The notes below the pieces were generated by a model, which was given only the letters and a program-made list of their open reading frames with translations, searched no databases and had not been told where the DNA came from. A stretch of DNA of 64,000 bases from Haplodiscus bocki (lineage: Eukaryota), in NCBI GenBank assembly GCA_965655095.1, contig OZ296652.1, positions 14,322,001-14,386,000 of the forward strand, written 5' to 3'. This document shows positions 49,570 to 63,700 of this stretch, piece by piece; within the stretch, counting starts at the first letter, position 1; every line of letters begins with the position of its first letter. The translations under genes were made by a program, and so were the position numbers.

Positions 49570-50753
49570 TATGTAGTTCATCAGGGGCCTCAAACCATTC
49601 AATTCTAATTCCTTTTCTTGGTGAGTAACAATCTGTTCATATGTACCATTCTCCAAGTGGGCCTGAGTTACTAATTTCTTCAGGTGTGGTGGCACTTTAG
49701 CGTATATTAACTGTTAATGATGGCGTGGGCAGCAATTCTGAATGCCTCTTTAACCAGTCTATGACGTTCATCAAGAAAATCCACTAACTTTGGATTTGCT
49801 GGTTTGAAGTCAAGTTTCTGGAATTTGTCTCTTGCTGTCGCCATCGACTGAGGTTTTACGTGTTTCCTTCAAAACACTGCCAGGATTTCTCCCAGATTCT
49901 CTCGCGTATGGCCATTAATGTTTTTAAGCGTTTGTAATGCATCTCTCATCACGAGAGAATGGAAGTAGTTGATTCTTTGCTCTTCAGTCAATTGATTGAT
50001 TGTTGATTTTGAGGCTCGTTTGGAAAAGATCTTCAAACAGCTCGAACTTTTCAGATTTTCCATCGAATGTGGGCATCATTGTTGTGAGTGACTTTGGCAA
50101 TTTGGAAATTCTGTTAATATTGTTATGAAAAATTGTAGAATTGTTTTATTTGCCAACTGCTGAAGGGCCGACAGAAATTGGTCTGCTTCAATCGTAGTGG
50201 GGGTCTTCTCTCTGCGGAATTGTGGTTTACTGGTAGAGAGGTTCATTTTCTGTTTTCCTGAAAATGTACTGGGGGATCAGTAAGTGAATTCTTCATGGAC
50301 TCCTGTCAGCATGTCACGTTGGCACAGATTTTCTCTCTGAACTCCTGTCACCATGTCACGTTGTTCTTCCTGGCCAGAGTTTCGCATCGTCTGGGTACCG
50401 AAGATGCCTGCTTCAGCATGAGGATCACTCTGGGAGTCGTCCTCATTCGTTCCCTGCTTTGTACTAAATGCGTTCCGGGACACCTCCGGAGTGGTTCAGG
50501 AGTGGCCCTGAAATAGCGGGTTCATGAGAAAGTCGTCAAGACGTGCCAATGCGCCAAGTATGCGGTTCTCTGTTCTGCAGAACTCTTGTGACAACTTTTT
50601 AGTGATTCACCCCTCAATTTCCTCAGAGACTTGAGTTATATGGTCTTTCTGTGATCTGGGAACATTTGAGTTTTGTGCAAAGTTGCTCCTAGGATGTTCT
50701 TCACAGTTTTCGTTATTTGTTGCTGCTAACTTTCTCTTGTTCTGAGATGCCAT
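49570..50753 (-). pseudogene. LTR-retrotransposon (Gypsy-like) gag remnant
   Basis: ATG at 50753: MASQNKRKLAA...KKLSQEF.RTENRILGAL. Further on PTFDGKSEKFELFEDLFQTSLK, QLTEEQRINYFHSL..DALQT, LVDFLDE and HLENGTYEQIVTH (capsid-like). Many frameshifts; no pol adjacent. Confidence 0.7.
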
Positions 50754-52039
50754 TTTCTTGGAAAAATTTTCTCAGTGATAAATAATTGATTGTTTCTCAT
50801 CAAAGGGAAAATCAAATTGGTGTTTACAAGTTTCAGTAGTGGAAATATAATAACGAAAGGACACTGGATAATATCATCAGCACAGTGCTCCTTTTGAAAG
50901 GCTACGAAAAGTTCCGAAGAAGTTTTCCATTTGTACTTTCATTTCTTCTATTCATGACTGTTCCTGGCGGGAAACATAATTGTTTACACGCCAAGTCAAC
51001 GTACAAATAGAAAAAAGCATTTTATGAATTAAGCATCAAAGTGAAAGTGCCGACTCTGGCGGGAAATAAACAACCTTTCCATCCATCTCTTCCCTCATAG
51101 GACGCGCCTTTCCAGCTTTCGACAGAAAATGGACGGTATTAATCCGTCAGAGACGGACATGAAAGGGTCTATTCCCACGCCGACGTATTGTTTACGCTCT
51201 AGAAAAGGGGATATTGCCTACATGAAAAAAGAAAAATGTTTCCTTGATAAACTAAGATAAAATAAAATGAAATAAAACAAAAAATACAAAATGCATGACT
51301 TTAAGTTTGTGGATAATATGGAAATTATAAATAATCATCACTCTCGTTCTCACTTCATCATTATTAGCAACAGCTCAATAATTTTTACTCTTTGGAAAGT
51401 AGGAGAAACTAGTAGCACTACTAGTTTATTCCTCTTTCGTACGAGTAGCAACTAGTGGTTTCCAGATAATTCCGTGTTCACTAGTAGTGGTGGTAGTCTG
51501 TGCTCAAATGAGGAGTGATTCCGGAACCATTCCGTATTCACTACAGCACGGCATAGTATTAACAGTATTAGTGACGTCACCTGACTAGTATTGACGGAAC
51601 ACGTACGGAACAAATATTCACTCCGAGAGTCAATATACTTGAAATCAGTTGCTCTGCTTATAGCATCAAATTAATCGTAATTTGAACTGCACTTCTTGCA
51701 ATCAATCAGACCGTCAGATTTCGTTCAAAAAGGTGGATTTTTATTTAATAAATCAATATTTATATTAATATAAAAAAAGCACCTTTTAGGTTAATAATAT
51801 TTTTTGAATACTCGTTTGTTCCGTAGCGGTTCCGTCCTAGTCCGGATCCCTTTGGTTCCGTATAAATACGTACCAAGATATAAGTGCCTTGTTAGGGATA
51901 CGTATTATATACGTATCCATATATATGCACAACAGTTAAAAATACATTTTATAAAAATATTTGGAGTTTGATTAAATGTTTGTATTGTTTAAGTCTTTCC
52001 TGAGCGTTAGGGTGTCTTTTTAGCTGGTAGAGGCTGGCC

Positions 52040-52567
52040 GCATGCCTCGCAGGTGTGCTGCGACACCGGCATTTGGCAGTTGCGCAAACCGAGCTTGGAC
52101 ATTCCTTTGTGGCCTGCAGCACGTGGCACCATTGTGAATAAGCCGGAATCAACAAAACAACCAAGGATGTCCTAAAAAGTGCCAAGCCATTGCGCTGGTA
52201 CTGCCCAGACTGTGATGGAAAAATCATGGGACCGGTATTGACACTTAAACAATATGATGAGAAATGGCAAGCTGAGAGTAAAGATTTGGCGCATAAGTAC
52301 AAAGAGTCATCAAATCTCGTCACATAATTACGGGGACTGGAAATACAGAAGAAAGTGGATTTATTTGAAGGCTTTACTGAATGCGTGGGACAACAAATAG
52401 TACAGATTATGGGGAAAGATATCATAAACTTGATAAACAAGCAGCCAGATTGGATTCAAGTGGCATCCTTAAAGTCAGGCAGAAAGACAATCCTGGTACC
52501 ACAACTAACCCCTTGCTGCAACTGGATTCCGAAGGCGTCACTATTGACAATGGGCGCTGAACAGTAG
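52040..52567 (+). pseudogene. PHD-finger-containing ORF remnant, probably transposon-derived
   Basis: ACSTWHHCE*AGI...LRWYCPDC, in the same frame as ORF 52355-52567; contains in-frame stops. Confidence 0.55.
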
Positions 52568-54249
52568 ACAACCGATTTGGCTATTACTCGGAACACACAA
52601 AGTACAAGAAGGTACAAGAAGTTATTGTTGAAGAGAACCTTCTTGTAGTAAACAAAAAAAAGAAAACTTTTTATTCCAATCGAATCCTGAATTAGTGTCA
52701 TTGACCTATGCGTTGTCACAGAAGGTCTAGTAGAATAAAGGTCAGAACCTAAATAAGAAAATAAGATTACAATATTGAACTTTTTTCGGGGCCGGAACTC
52801 GAGGCCATTATCCAGTAATTGCGTAGATCCAAAATGATGAACAGAAGGCAAAAAAAACGATAACAGACTGAGAGAAAAACCATTGGGAAGTTTGAAACAG
52901 GCTAGTAGACTTCAATGGAGACTTTGTGGAGTTAGAACAGAGTAAATTCAAGAGATGTGAGAGAAGGCCTAGAACGCTTTCCAAACTATGAACGGACCGC
53001 TGGTACCCACAAAAACAACCGAAAAATGGAAAATATATTGGACTCCAGTGTTGTCTAACTCTTGCTCCCATGAAGATATCTTGTTCCAAGATTTCTTTCC
53101 GAGACAAAATCTCCACGAAAAAGTTTCTGATGACAAATTCCTCTGACAACTCCAGTCGAAAGTGAGTCCTGTTCTCAAAATTGAGATTAGAAGTAACAAT
53201 GATCAGGAGCAAATCGCATAGTATGAATTGCTACTAGCAGTTTCGGAGATAACAACTGATCAAAAACCAGAAGACCCCTACTGTATCCACCTAGTAGTTC
53301 TGAAGAAGATCGGAACCAGAATGAAAAAATGCTCGTGATTCTGTTCAACAATTTTTTTCCCGAGGAGTTGTCTTTTCGAGAAAAATTTAGTCAATGTCAT
53401 CAAAAAAAGACAACGAGAGTTTTCTGCGCACCAACAGCTATCATTCAATTACCGAGTCAATCTCTTTGGTAAAGTCAACGAACGGATTCCAAAGGAACGG
53501 GTTGTCCAGCTGAATGACCTGGAAGATCTACGACAAGAAGATTTCAGAAAAAAAACAATTCCAGGGTCAGTGACGAAATGAAACTTGTGGCTAATGATTA
53601 AACTGTGTACGTTTTTGAATATCACCGATAGGATTTATGGAAAAAGCATACGTTAGTGTGTGGATGAAAGCTCTCCTGATGAATATTTATAAGTAAAAGA
53701 TTAGCTTTTGCTTGGAAACTAACTGAAAACTCTTTATTCAAACAAGGACTCAGAAAAAACACCGGTTCGTACCAGGAAAGTATTCAAAACAGCTGCCAGC
53801 TAATCGCACGGGTTTGTGATATCACATGTCTTTTTCTCCAATTATGTCTTTGACATGCGTGCGAGCCTTAGGAGGAAAGAATGCAAACGTGGGGATGACC
53901 TCACATTGCTGGTCAGTGGAGTCGACACGAAATGCTAAACCAACGTAACAGGACCTAAGCGTCTCGTCGAAGGAGTCCCAGAGACGGCGAATTAAAGCTT
54001 TACCAAAGAAATAAGAAAAGCAATCAGTTTACGTCCAGAAAAGAAGCACAAAACGAGTTGCAGAACGACCTTTAGCGCCGCCGAAATTTTTATCTGGCAA
54101 GATGTGTAGGTCTGGTAATGAGGACTAATTACAAAAGATCAGTTTTCCCGGAGGTTTTTTTACCACGTCATTAACGTCACAGTATCTTCAAAATTGTGGC
54201 TCCAATTTTTTCCGAATCAGTCGTCCGGAACATTGCGTCTCTTATTGTT

Positions 54250-56790
54250 TAGTGTTTTCAATTTTTTCTATTTTTTCAAGTAACTTTTCATTTTCAAATT
54301 TTTTGGAAGTTCTGTTTAACTTTCCGCTACTTTGACCCCCACATAAATATGTTCCGAGCAGTTTGGCCTAATGAAAGATGTTTGTTTTTTTTTCATAGCC
54401 AATAGTTTGTTTTTCTGGCATATTTCATTGATTGTATCAAGTCTTTTCGTTCCAAAGATAGTATTCCATATCACTTTTGACCGAAAATGTTTCCGTCGCA
54501 AAACCAGGAAGTAAAACACCGTGTTGGAAAAAAAGACAATATACACTTCATGTAGCTGTTGAAGACGATTAGGTGACACGAATTCTCTAATGGAGTTTGG
54601 TGGCTTATAGTTTTGAGCTCTTTTATGCTAAACTACATTGATGTTGTCAAACTAGTTCAATTTATAGTCCATAGTCAAGCCTAAGTGCTTCGAGTCGGTA
54701 ATTATATGTAACTTTTTTCCTCTAACTTTGAATTCAACGCTTTTTCTCCGGTGCTGAACAATTAGCTCCTGTTAGTAATAATTGTTGGCTTCCGGTCTTC
54801 CACATTTGACTGTGGTCAACGTCTTTCTGGTTACTGCTGCTGTCAATAATTTTGAAGGTTTCCAACAAAATACGTTTCAACAGCAAACACGGTGATTTTA
54901 GCTTTTACAGTCTCCGGGAATGTCACTGACTCTAACAGAAAAACAGACCTAAAATTGACCCTTGAGAAACGCCGCAGTTGAAATTGAGGTATTCTGAAAA
55001 TTCATGTTTCATAGAATCAATTTGCAGTCGCTTTGTCGAATGTGACTTCAGAATACTCTAGACTGCACACCCCAAGCCACAGCTGTGGACCTTTTTCCAA
55101 CAAGATCATGTGGTCTAAAGAGTCAAGCGCCCTCTTCAAAGATAATATTATGAGATTGGTTGTTAATTTGTCCACTATACCACGTCTTGTTGTGTCTAAT
55201 TTTTCTGGAACGGCGTCATTAGTGCTTCCTTTTGTTCCAAATTCGAACCAGTTCTCCGGGAAAAAATTGACTTTGTTGATAAACTTACAAATTCTCCTTT
55301 GTAACACCTTTTCAAATAGTTTACTGAAAACTGATAATTCTGACATTTTTCGATAGCTGGAGCAACCGAATCTTTATCCCACTTTCTAAATTGGATCTAT
55401 TTTGGCATAGTTAAGATAACGAATAATTAGACTTCTGTCACTAGCGCCAATGATGACGATTGCTAGTAAAAGCGAGACGGGGTTCTCCTACAATTCCACC
55501 AGTTTACAGCTTACTCTATTTTTGTCCGTATTAGATTTGGCGTTCAAAGTGGATTTACGTTCTTGTAATTCCTGCAGTGTAGTAAGGGTGAAGTACAAAG
55601 AATATGAAACTGAAGTATATGTGTTTTTTATTATCATTTCTTGCTTCAATTTTCCAACGATTTTTGTGAAGGAACTGTTCATATCTTTTATCTTTTTGGA
55701 ACTCATTGAAGATCAACTTGAGACAACTTTTTCCAGACCTCTGATGAGACAGTAAATTTTTTTGTCGCGTTTTTCTTTCTTCATCGAAAAACTTTGTTTT
55801 CGCCTGCCTATGTCTTTTGTTTTGTTGCTCAGATATTCAAACGCTTCCTATTTTTCCAATGACTTGTTCACTCTACAAAGTTTTGTTCCTTCATTCCTTT
55901 TTCACGTTGCTGATACATCAACGCCTTTGGAAACTTTCCAGGTTTTTTCTCCTCTCCAGCGGTTTACATCGTTCAAGTCTTTCTCGTAATAATTATTTGA
56001 GTGTTCCAAGCGCTTCATCTGGAGACTGAAGGCGAGTCTCATGCTCGATATTTCTCAGTCGACGATTCAGCCAAATGTGTTTTTTTCACCGAAATTTCGT
56101 GTTTTTCAATTTCCTCTCAGCAACACTAATATGTTTTTTTGTGCTTTTTTGCAATTACGTCAACAAGAGTGTCATATCAGACTGAAAAATGGGCTGTAGT
56201 GGCGCTAGCATTCAACTCTACCATCAACCACACTTTGGCTAAGTTTAGTTTTACAATCGTCGCAGAAGAGGCGTTTGGCCTAATTGTTTTTTCACTGTAG
56301 CATTTAGAGTCTAAGTGATCCTTTGCACTGAAAATACTCTCTGTTTTTTTGCTTATTACAGCCAAATCATTGTTAAAATCTCCATTTGTGGGTCGTTTGG
56401 TGTTGTTTAACCTTAGACCCAAAGCATGGTTTTTCTCAATTTCTACCAAAGGTTCGAGCCTAGAATTTGGCGACTTGTACAAAACTGCAACAAAATATCT
56501 TTTTTTGAATCTAATAGTTAAAATTTCGATCTCATTTGTTTGTTTATCTTTGACAAAAGCTAATGGTATGTCTCTTTTTACGTAAAAGCAAAAAACCACT
56601 CGTGTTTCACGGCCAGTTGAAATTATGGCATGGTAGTTCTGAAGTGACAGATGATTCACTTTCGTTATTAATTGAAGCCATGTCTCAGTCAGAGCTGTCT
56701 CACGGGGTTGTTCCTTTTGACTAAAGAAAGTCTCCAGCAGATCAAAATTTTTCTTGAGAGATCGTATGTTTTGTTAAAGGAACAGCATTG
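54250..56790 (-). mobile_element. Heavily decayed LINE ORF2 (APE + RT)
   Basis: NIRSLKKNFDLL (~56740-56770), LTETW (~56680), LYKSPNS, GDFN, LSVFSKLFEK, LKRALDSLDHMILLEK, KHLGLTMD (~54670-54690). Confidence 0.85.
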
Positions 56791-58104
56791 AAACAACAAT
56801 TCTTCATTGTGCTCATTTTTTTTGTTTTTCTTCCAAAGATGGTTAAAGCTCAAAAATAATGCTTTTTAAAGCCTCTGGTAGTGCATATTGCCATCATGTT
56901 GTTGCGGAAGTCACATCACTGATAAAGTTGTGCTCTCCAAACCTTTTGAAAACTTTGTTTCTGTTGCAGAAATCAGAACAGTTATCAAGCTACGTACTCT
57001 AACCCTTTTGAAATTTTTTTCCGTGGCGGAACTTACAAAAAAAATAAATTGTTTTTCAACTTTTTGCGATTGCTGCGGAAATCACAACTATGTTCATTTT
57101 GATAAGAAAGGAAAAAAATTCAGGAAAAAATGTTTTTTTTCTCTTCGAAAAGTGATCGAAATAATTGCTTCAAAATAATTAACTACCACTGTTTGTACTC
57201 ATCAATCGCTTCAAATAACGCAACTGTTAATCAGGTAGTTCGGATTCCGTTAAAAAGTTCAGTTGGTGAATACTACATCTCTCTTCAACAAAAATAAGGG
57301 GCACACTATGTTTGCAATGGTGACCGCTCAAAAAATTGAAAACTGAAATGACTCAAAGATGCAGTCTCTGGAAAGATTTACATTGTCCAATTCAACAAGA
57401 ATCTCAGTGAACTCTATTAAAAACTCACTTTTGGTAGGTTCTCCGGTTGACCAATTTCAAGAATGCGCCACTAGTGCGAACTACACTACCGTTAACGAAC
57501 TTAAACCCGGTTAACCACCGTTAGTGTCGATGTACCGGAGCCAAAATCTTGATCGAACATGACGAACTTCTGACATCATACTTGCGAAGTTACAGCCTTC
57601 AAAATTTCGACAAAAAACCAGGAGGTGAATTTTTTGCTTTTGTTTCAGTGTTTGTGTTCCTTTGTCATCTTGAAACCCTTATTTTTGAAGATTCTTCTAA
57701 GTTCAGAATTCAGTTTAGTTGGTGCTTCACAATCAAGTGCACCAAAAGTGCAGGACTATTACGGTGGCTAGCTTTTTGAGCAGTGTATTCGATGAAAAAA
57801 TTTGTCCTCACGAAATAAGATTGTTCATAACATATTTGCAGATATACATGCACTGGGCTCATTTTATGTGGCTGCAGAGACTTGAATAAACTCAAAGTTT
57901 TTAACTGAAAGATGAAGTTTGAACTTTTCGAACATTGAGCTTCATTCGAACCTTTGAATTTAATTCCTATTTTTTTTATTGTTGTTATCTTCGGTCGTAA
58001 TGTATATTACGAAAGGAATATCAATTCTTCAGTTTGTAGACTTTTTGCTCCGGTGACTTGCTAATCCCGCGTGAACATGTTCACTTTTTAATATTTTTGA
58101 ACAC

Positions 58105-58370
58105 CAAAATGTTCCTCTGAACGTTCAGAATGCATCTTTGACAACACTGCTACAAGTTTTCCTGAAAGTCCGAAAATGTTTCGGTCAAAAACCGAAAAAC
58201 ATTGAAAATTAATTAATTTGTTTCAAAACAATTCCTCAAAATGTTCCTCTGGACACGTAGAAATAATTCTTGGGAACACCAGCCAAACAGCCAAACTTTC
58301 TTCGCTCAAAGCCAGAAAAAAATTCTAAATTTTCAGTTTTCTTAAAAAAAATGCTCATAACTTTCCTCTA
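58105..58370 (+). repeat. Copy of the 6176-6360 repeat family
   Basis: caaaatgttcctctg(a/g)acacgta units at about 58106, 58237 and about 58355. Confidence 0.7.
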
Positions 58371-59769
58371 ACAACCAGTGTCGAGAATAGCTCTTCTTGT
58401 CTGAGATGGTACTTACCGAGCTGAGAGCGAGTCTCCTTGCACGCTAGTTGCTTGTTATTCTTGAAGTTTTCAGCGGAGTTATTTTGAGCCATTTCTGACC
58501 CACTGTCGACGAAACATATCGCAGCGCTGTTGCACTTCTTGTAATATTATTACATGCTACTTCTAACTATTTCAACTAGTACAGAAAACATACAAATATT
58601 GAAAATACCAAGAAGACTCCCTTAGATTTTTTCCAGTTTTGCAAGACGAAAAAATGCTACTAAAATTATGGGAATTTAAACTATTCATGCGAAAGTTTCT
58701 CGGAAAAAAATCAAAATATCAAAAGTGAGCCCCTTGAAGCCTACTAAGCCTTACGGGTGGAGCTGACATGGGAAGTTCCCGGCTTGTTGATCAATTTGAG
58801 AACATTTCATTTCAAAATCGCTCAATGCATGGTATTTTTAGGAGTAAACTTTGAGTTAAAATCAGGGAATCGCAAGTTGTTTTAAAGTATGATGCAGAGT
58901 AAGAATTAGTGAGCATTTTGCACGTTGCGTTCTTTAAACCTCATCAGTGCCTTAAATTTTTGATGATCTTCCTGTCTTTAACACTCCACTGTTTTAAATC
59001 CAAAGACTTTATTTATGCATCTGTTATCTCTGACCAATTTCGAGGTTTTTCTTCAAATCTGGGCGATCTCATTGATTTGTTTCAAAGTTAATTTCGATTT
59101 GCACGGCGAACTGTTTGCTGAAAGAAGATTTATTTAAGCAACGGTATGTTTGTTGTGCTTTTGTATATTAGGATTGAAATCATTTTTTATTTACATCTTT
59201 CAAATTATTTAACATCAAAAAAAAATAAACTTGAATAGGTGAATTTATTAGAAAGGAATGAAAATTCTTTATTATTATTTTTTGGTTGAAACAAATGACG
59301 ATTTTTAAGAAAAGAGCTTTTAATTTCCGCTGTCAATTGGTAGTTCTACGAGTGTCAGTGACAACGTTTTCACCAGCCACAAGTTCAAAATAATTTACCA
59401 AGGAAAGAGTTGATTTCTCAGTTTCAGTTTTTACAATTCTCCTGACGAAAGCCGAGCATATTTTATTTGCTTGTCATTTGCATATCCTAGTACCATGGGC
59501 CATAATTAATCTTCTTCTTTAGAAGGTGTTGCTCCCTGTGGAAGCTTTCAAGTGAAAAAGGAAAAATCTCCTGCTCGATAGCCTATTCACATTGCGAGTA
59601 AAGTGACAGAGAAACTGTCCGCTGGAATATTTCTTGTACAGCTGCGGTGAAAGTTTGCCAATCATTTCCCAGCATAGTAGCGAAAACAAAAATGGCTCTT
59701 AGCGCCGTCATTATTCCTGTAGAACGCCGTAACCACAGCGATTAGTCGGGTCCACTGCCGTTACCACTG

Positions 59770-59930
59770 CCCGGGTCGAAATAATGGCCAAAATTTTTCC
59801 GGTATAAGTGCGCTAACGGCGGTCAACCAGAACGCTAAAGGCGTTAACGGCGTTTTGCTAGTACGTTAGCGGCACTTACACCACTATACCCAAAAAATAG
59901 TGGCGTTTTCCCAAAAAAGTTCGACCCGGG
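59770..59930. mobile_element. 161-bp MITE with CCCGGGTCGAA terminal inverted repeats and 2-bp TG flanks (CMC/EnSpm-like)
   Basis: CCCGGGTCGAA at 59770-59780 and TTCGACCCGGG at 59920-59930, with TG on both sides. Internal inverted pair ggtataagtgcgctaacg / cgttagcggcacttacacc. Confidence 0.75.
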
Positions 59931-60599
59931 TGCTAATTTTCCGGTTAATAAGCGATGCTGTGGCTATTTTTGACAGCCCCTACCTCTCCCATGGTAGAAA
60001 ATCTCTGCCAAAATTCAACGTAGGGCCCAAGCAACCCAATAATTCCTTTTCGTAAGATCTCCAAGGCATCACCGCTTAGATAATTTGGGTTTCTGATAGT
60101 TTAGTGAAAACTACACTTCATTAAAATATAGAACTTAATTCTTCATAATCAAAGTAGGTTGGCGAACAACACCCTCCGGTGTAGCTGTTAAGGACGAATG
60201 AAACCTTGAATAGCAAGCTCATAGTAAACCCAAAAATGGCATTCTTTATTCTTTTACCTAAAAAATTTGTAAATGATAACCGTCAGTTAGTATAGTATAA
60301 CACTTCAACTCCTCTGATTTTGATTTTAAACCCAGTTATAAAGAATATTCATTATTAAAAGTTGTCTAATACCAAACAGGAACGTATTTACGACCAGCTG
60401 GAAGCCCAGCCAGCCCCAAGAATTTCAATACAAATTTGAACGCGTGATGAACAGTCGGTTCTAAAATGTTGCTTGCATTACTGCTGACCTAATGTCAGTT
60501 AAAAATTACGTGGTCGATTCAAATCTTTGCAAAATTTCTTCTAACCTTGATCAAGTACGGACAATTTTTGGTTTTATAATATACATCCAAACTATAATG

Positions 60600-63500
60600 C
60601 AATCACGACCTACCGAAGACAATATGGATATCAAAGGTGATGGTAAGAACTCCGTGGACCTGGGAAACTTTTTTGACGAAGGCCCTGAAAAAGACCGTTG
60701 AACAGGATCTTCGTTTTTCAAGTCTTCAAGCAAGGTTTAAAAAACTTGAAAAAACATATCAAGAAGAAGTGAGAGACCTGAAAGTTGACATTTCGGATCT
60801 GAAATAGACGGTATTGGATACAGAGATATACAATTCTAAAGACACAATTATCCCCAATAATACAGCAAAACTCAATCGGAAATCATGCGTTGAGGTCATG
60901 GCTGATTTCCTTAATCATTTCTTCAAGGCAGGCGTTGTACCAACTGATCTGAAAATTTGTCTTTTTTGGGAAAATTGACGAGTCTGGTATTATTGTGAAC
61001 TTTTTTTTCGGGCATAAAAAACTATATTTGGAGAAACAAAAATATGTTAAAAGGTGTTTCAAATTCCGCAATTGTGAAACCATATTACATTGTTGAAAGT
61101 GTGCCAAAAGTATCGTGGGATGTTTTTCACCAAAGTCGGCTTGAGAACTGTCACTAAAAATGCTGAAGTACAAATTATTTGCAAAAGCGAAACTAGGGTG
61201 ACCATCCTTTGGCAGATGCGATCGACAAAAGAATTAGGCATTGTGAACGATGTTGCCATCAAGTATAATACGGCTCTTTTGAGCTTTAATTCTTCTGGTC
61301 GACAAAGAAAAAGGCATGGTTCCAAAGACTTGGGTTCCACAGCAGAAAGCAAACGGAAATCAACCTCTGCAAGCAAAACTCTTTCTACTAATTGTTCAAT
61401 GATCAATGCATGAGAAAATGTTGTCAGCTAGAGCAGCAGTTTTGCATCAAGAAAAACCACAATCTGTCAAATTTTGAAACGTCTCAGTTGGAAATACTGC
61501 ATTTTAAAATTCGATCCTTAAGACGCAACTGTGACAATGTAAAAAAATATTTTACAACAAACAAATTTTGCCCTTCCATAATTGTACTGAGCGAAATATG
61601 GCATAGCGATTCCTCAAATTTCTTCGAGTTGACAAGGCTTGAAGGATCTTTCTTGAGTAATAGAAAAAACAGGAACAGCGGTTTTCCCATTTTTGTGTAC
61701 AATGGTTTGAATGCTATCGATAAAAATTATAATTCAAAACTCTGTTCTGACAACCTAGCTCTTTGATTACAATTTAACTCACATATATTAACAATCAATG
61801 CCCTTTACAACTCCCCATCAAACTCATTTGCTTCCTTTATAGAAGATTTAGGGTTTTCGTTGGAGTCATTTGACACTGAAAAGACATTCTGTATCGTTGG
61901 TGAGACTAATGTCGATTTTTTTCAGAACAACAGTAAAATAGCTAGTTATCTGAACTTGCGCAATTCTTTTTCCTGTGAAACTCTGAAGGGCTAACATGCT
62001 ACAAGAGAAACAGAAACAACTGCCTCATGCATTGATCATCTCTTAACCAATTCTTGTAAAGGAAAAAAATCTATATCTTTAGTGAAATGTGACTCGACCG
62101 ATCATCACGGTTTTCATGCTATAACCAGTTATGATTTAATAGGCGATGAAGATATTAAAATTAAGTTTCAGCGTGATCTGAGAAAAATGAATGAAGTTTA
62201 TTATATTTGTCTTTTTCTCTTCAGGCTACATTCTGATCTTCAGAAGAATACTAATGAACATCAAAACTTTCACAACGTGGCTAATGACATAGTGTTTAAA
62301 TTACGAACCAAAAATGAAAGCCATTTTCCAAGGTATCAAGTCACTGATGAACATGAAAGGTATAAATTACCACGTATGATCAAGAATGTTGTCACAAAGC
62401 GCCAAAATTTTTACCAGAAAAAGAGAAAATTGAGATGTGGAACTGACAAGAGTAGATGGAAAGAGAAACAGCTGATGCTTCAATAACTCATGCGTCGAGA
62501 GAAGCAGCGCCACAAAAGAGATTGTAGGCAAAAGAATCTGAATGACAAATCCAGTTCCTTTTTTGACTTCGTTAGAAAAAAAGCCCCAAAAACATCAGTT
62601 GCTGAGCATAATTTAGATCTCTATACAAAAAAAGAATGTTTTGCAAACTTTGCTCAAGAAATGCAAAGATGCCTTGAAAGTCCCGCGAAACGTTTCGATG
62701 TAGAAACTGCTGAAAGAACTATTTTTTGCTTCCCCCGACCAAGCAGAAAAATTCAAATAGCTGGACAATTGCTCAAAATCAAACGTCGGGTCTCATTTCA
62801 AAACCAATCAAATCTTGAGTCTGGCTGCTCCTGTTATTGCCCATCCTGTGACTTTCCTAACAAACACATGCCTATCTGAAGGGTCTTTCCCAATATTTTC
62901 AAAGCTGCCAAAGTTTTACCAAATTACAAGTCAGGTGACAATGATGCATTCCAATACTTTAGACCTGTATCAATACATACTTTACTCAAAAAAGTTAGCG
63001 AAAAATTTGTTTTCAACCAACTTCAGCATTTTTTGAACACTCAGAATATGCTTTACAAAGGGCAGAAATGTTTTCGGAAAAAGATGTCGACATCAAGTGA
63101 GCTCGTCTCTGTAACCGAGGAAAATAGAGAAAACCCTGATANNNNNNNNNNNNNNNNNNNNNNNNNNNNNNNNNNNNNNNNNNNNNNNNNNNNNNNNNNN
63201 NNNNNNNNNNNNNNNNNNNNNNNNNNNNNNNNNNNNNNNNNNNNNNNNNNNNNNNNNNNNNNNNNNNNNNNNNNNNNNNNNNNNNNNNNNNNNNNNNNNN
63301 NNNNNNNNNNNNNNNNNNNNNNNNNNNNNNNNNNNNNNNNNCAAACCTAAAATTAGCTATGGTTTTTTAGTTCAAGGTTACACAAAAACAAATCTAAAGC
63401 CAATTCTACTGCAGAAACAATTTTTAGGAGGTATTTATAAAAAAGAAGAAGTTTGATACTACTTCTGAACTTTTCAAGGACTCCCAAATGAAGACAGTCT

Positions 63501-63700
63501 ACAAATTACATGTTTCAGAACTTCCTAATGACACATTGTCACAGATTTTTCCCTGCCGATTCGATTAGAAGAGATAGGTATACAAGGAACGCCCACACCT
63601 TTTTGAAAAAAAATCATATGTAATTCAAATGTAAAATCGATTACCAGTAAGATGTCTTATTTACATAGAGCGTTTCAATTGTATTACAAATGAACGGAAG
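60600..63700 (+). mobile_element. Heavily decayed LINE (ORF1 remnant + APE-RT ORF2), interrupted by a gap
   Basis: EILHFKIRSLRRN, IIVLSEIW, LYNSP, IDHL and STDHH (APE); KSGD...YFRPVS and GQKCFRK..STS (RT). Boundaries approximate. Confidence 0.8.
63142..63341. other. Assembly gap (N run)
   Basis: Run of N. Confidence 1.
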
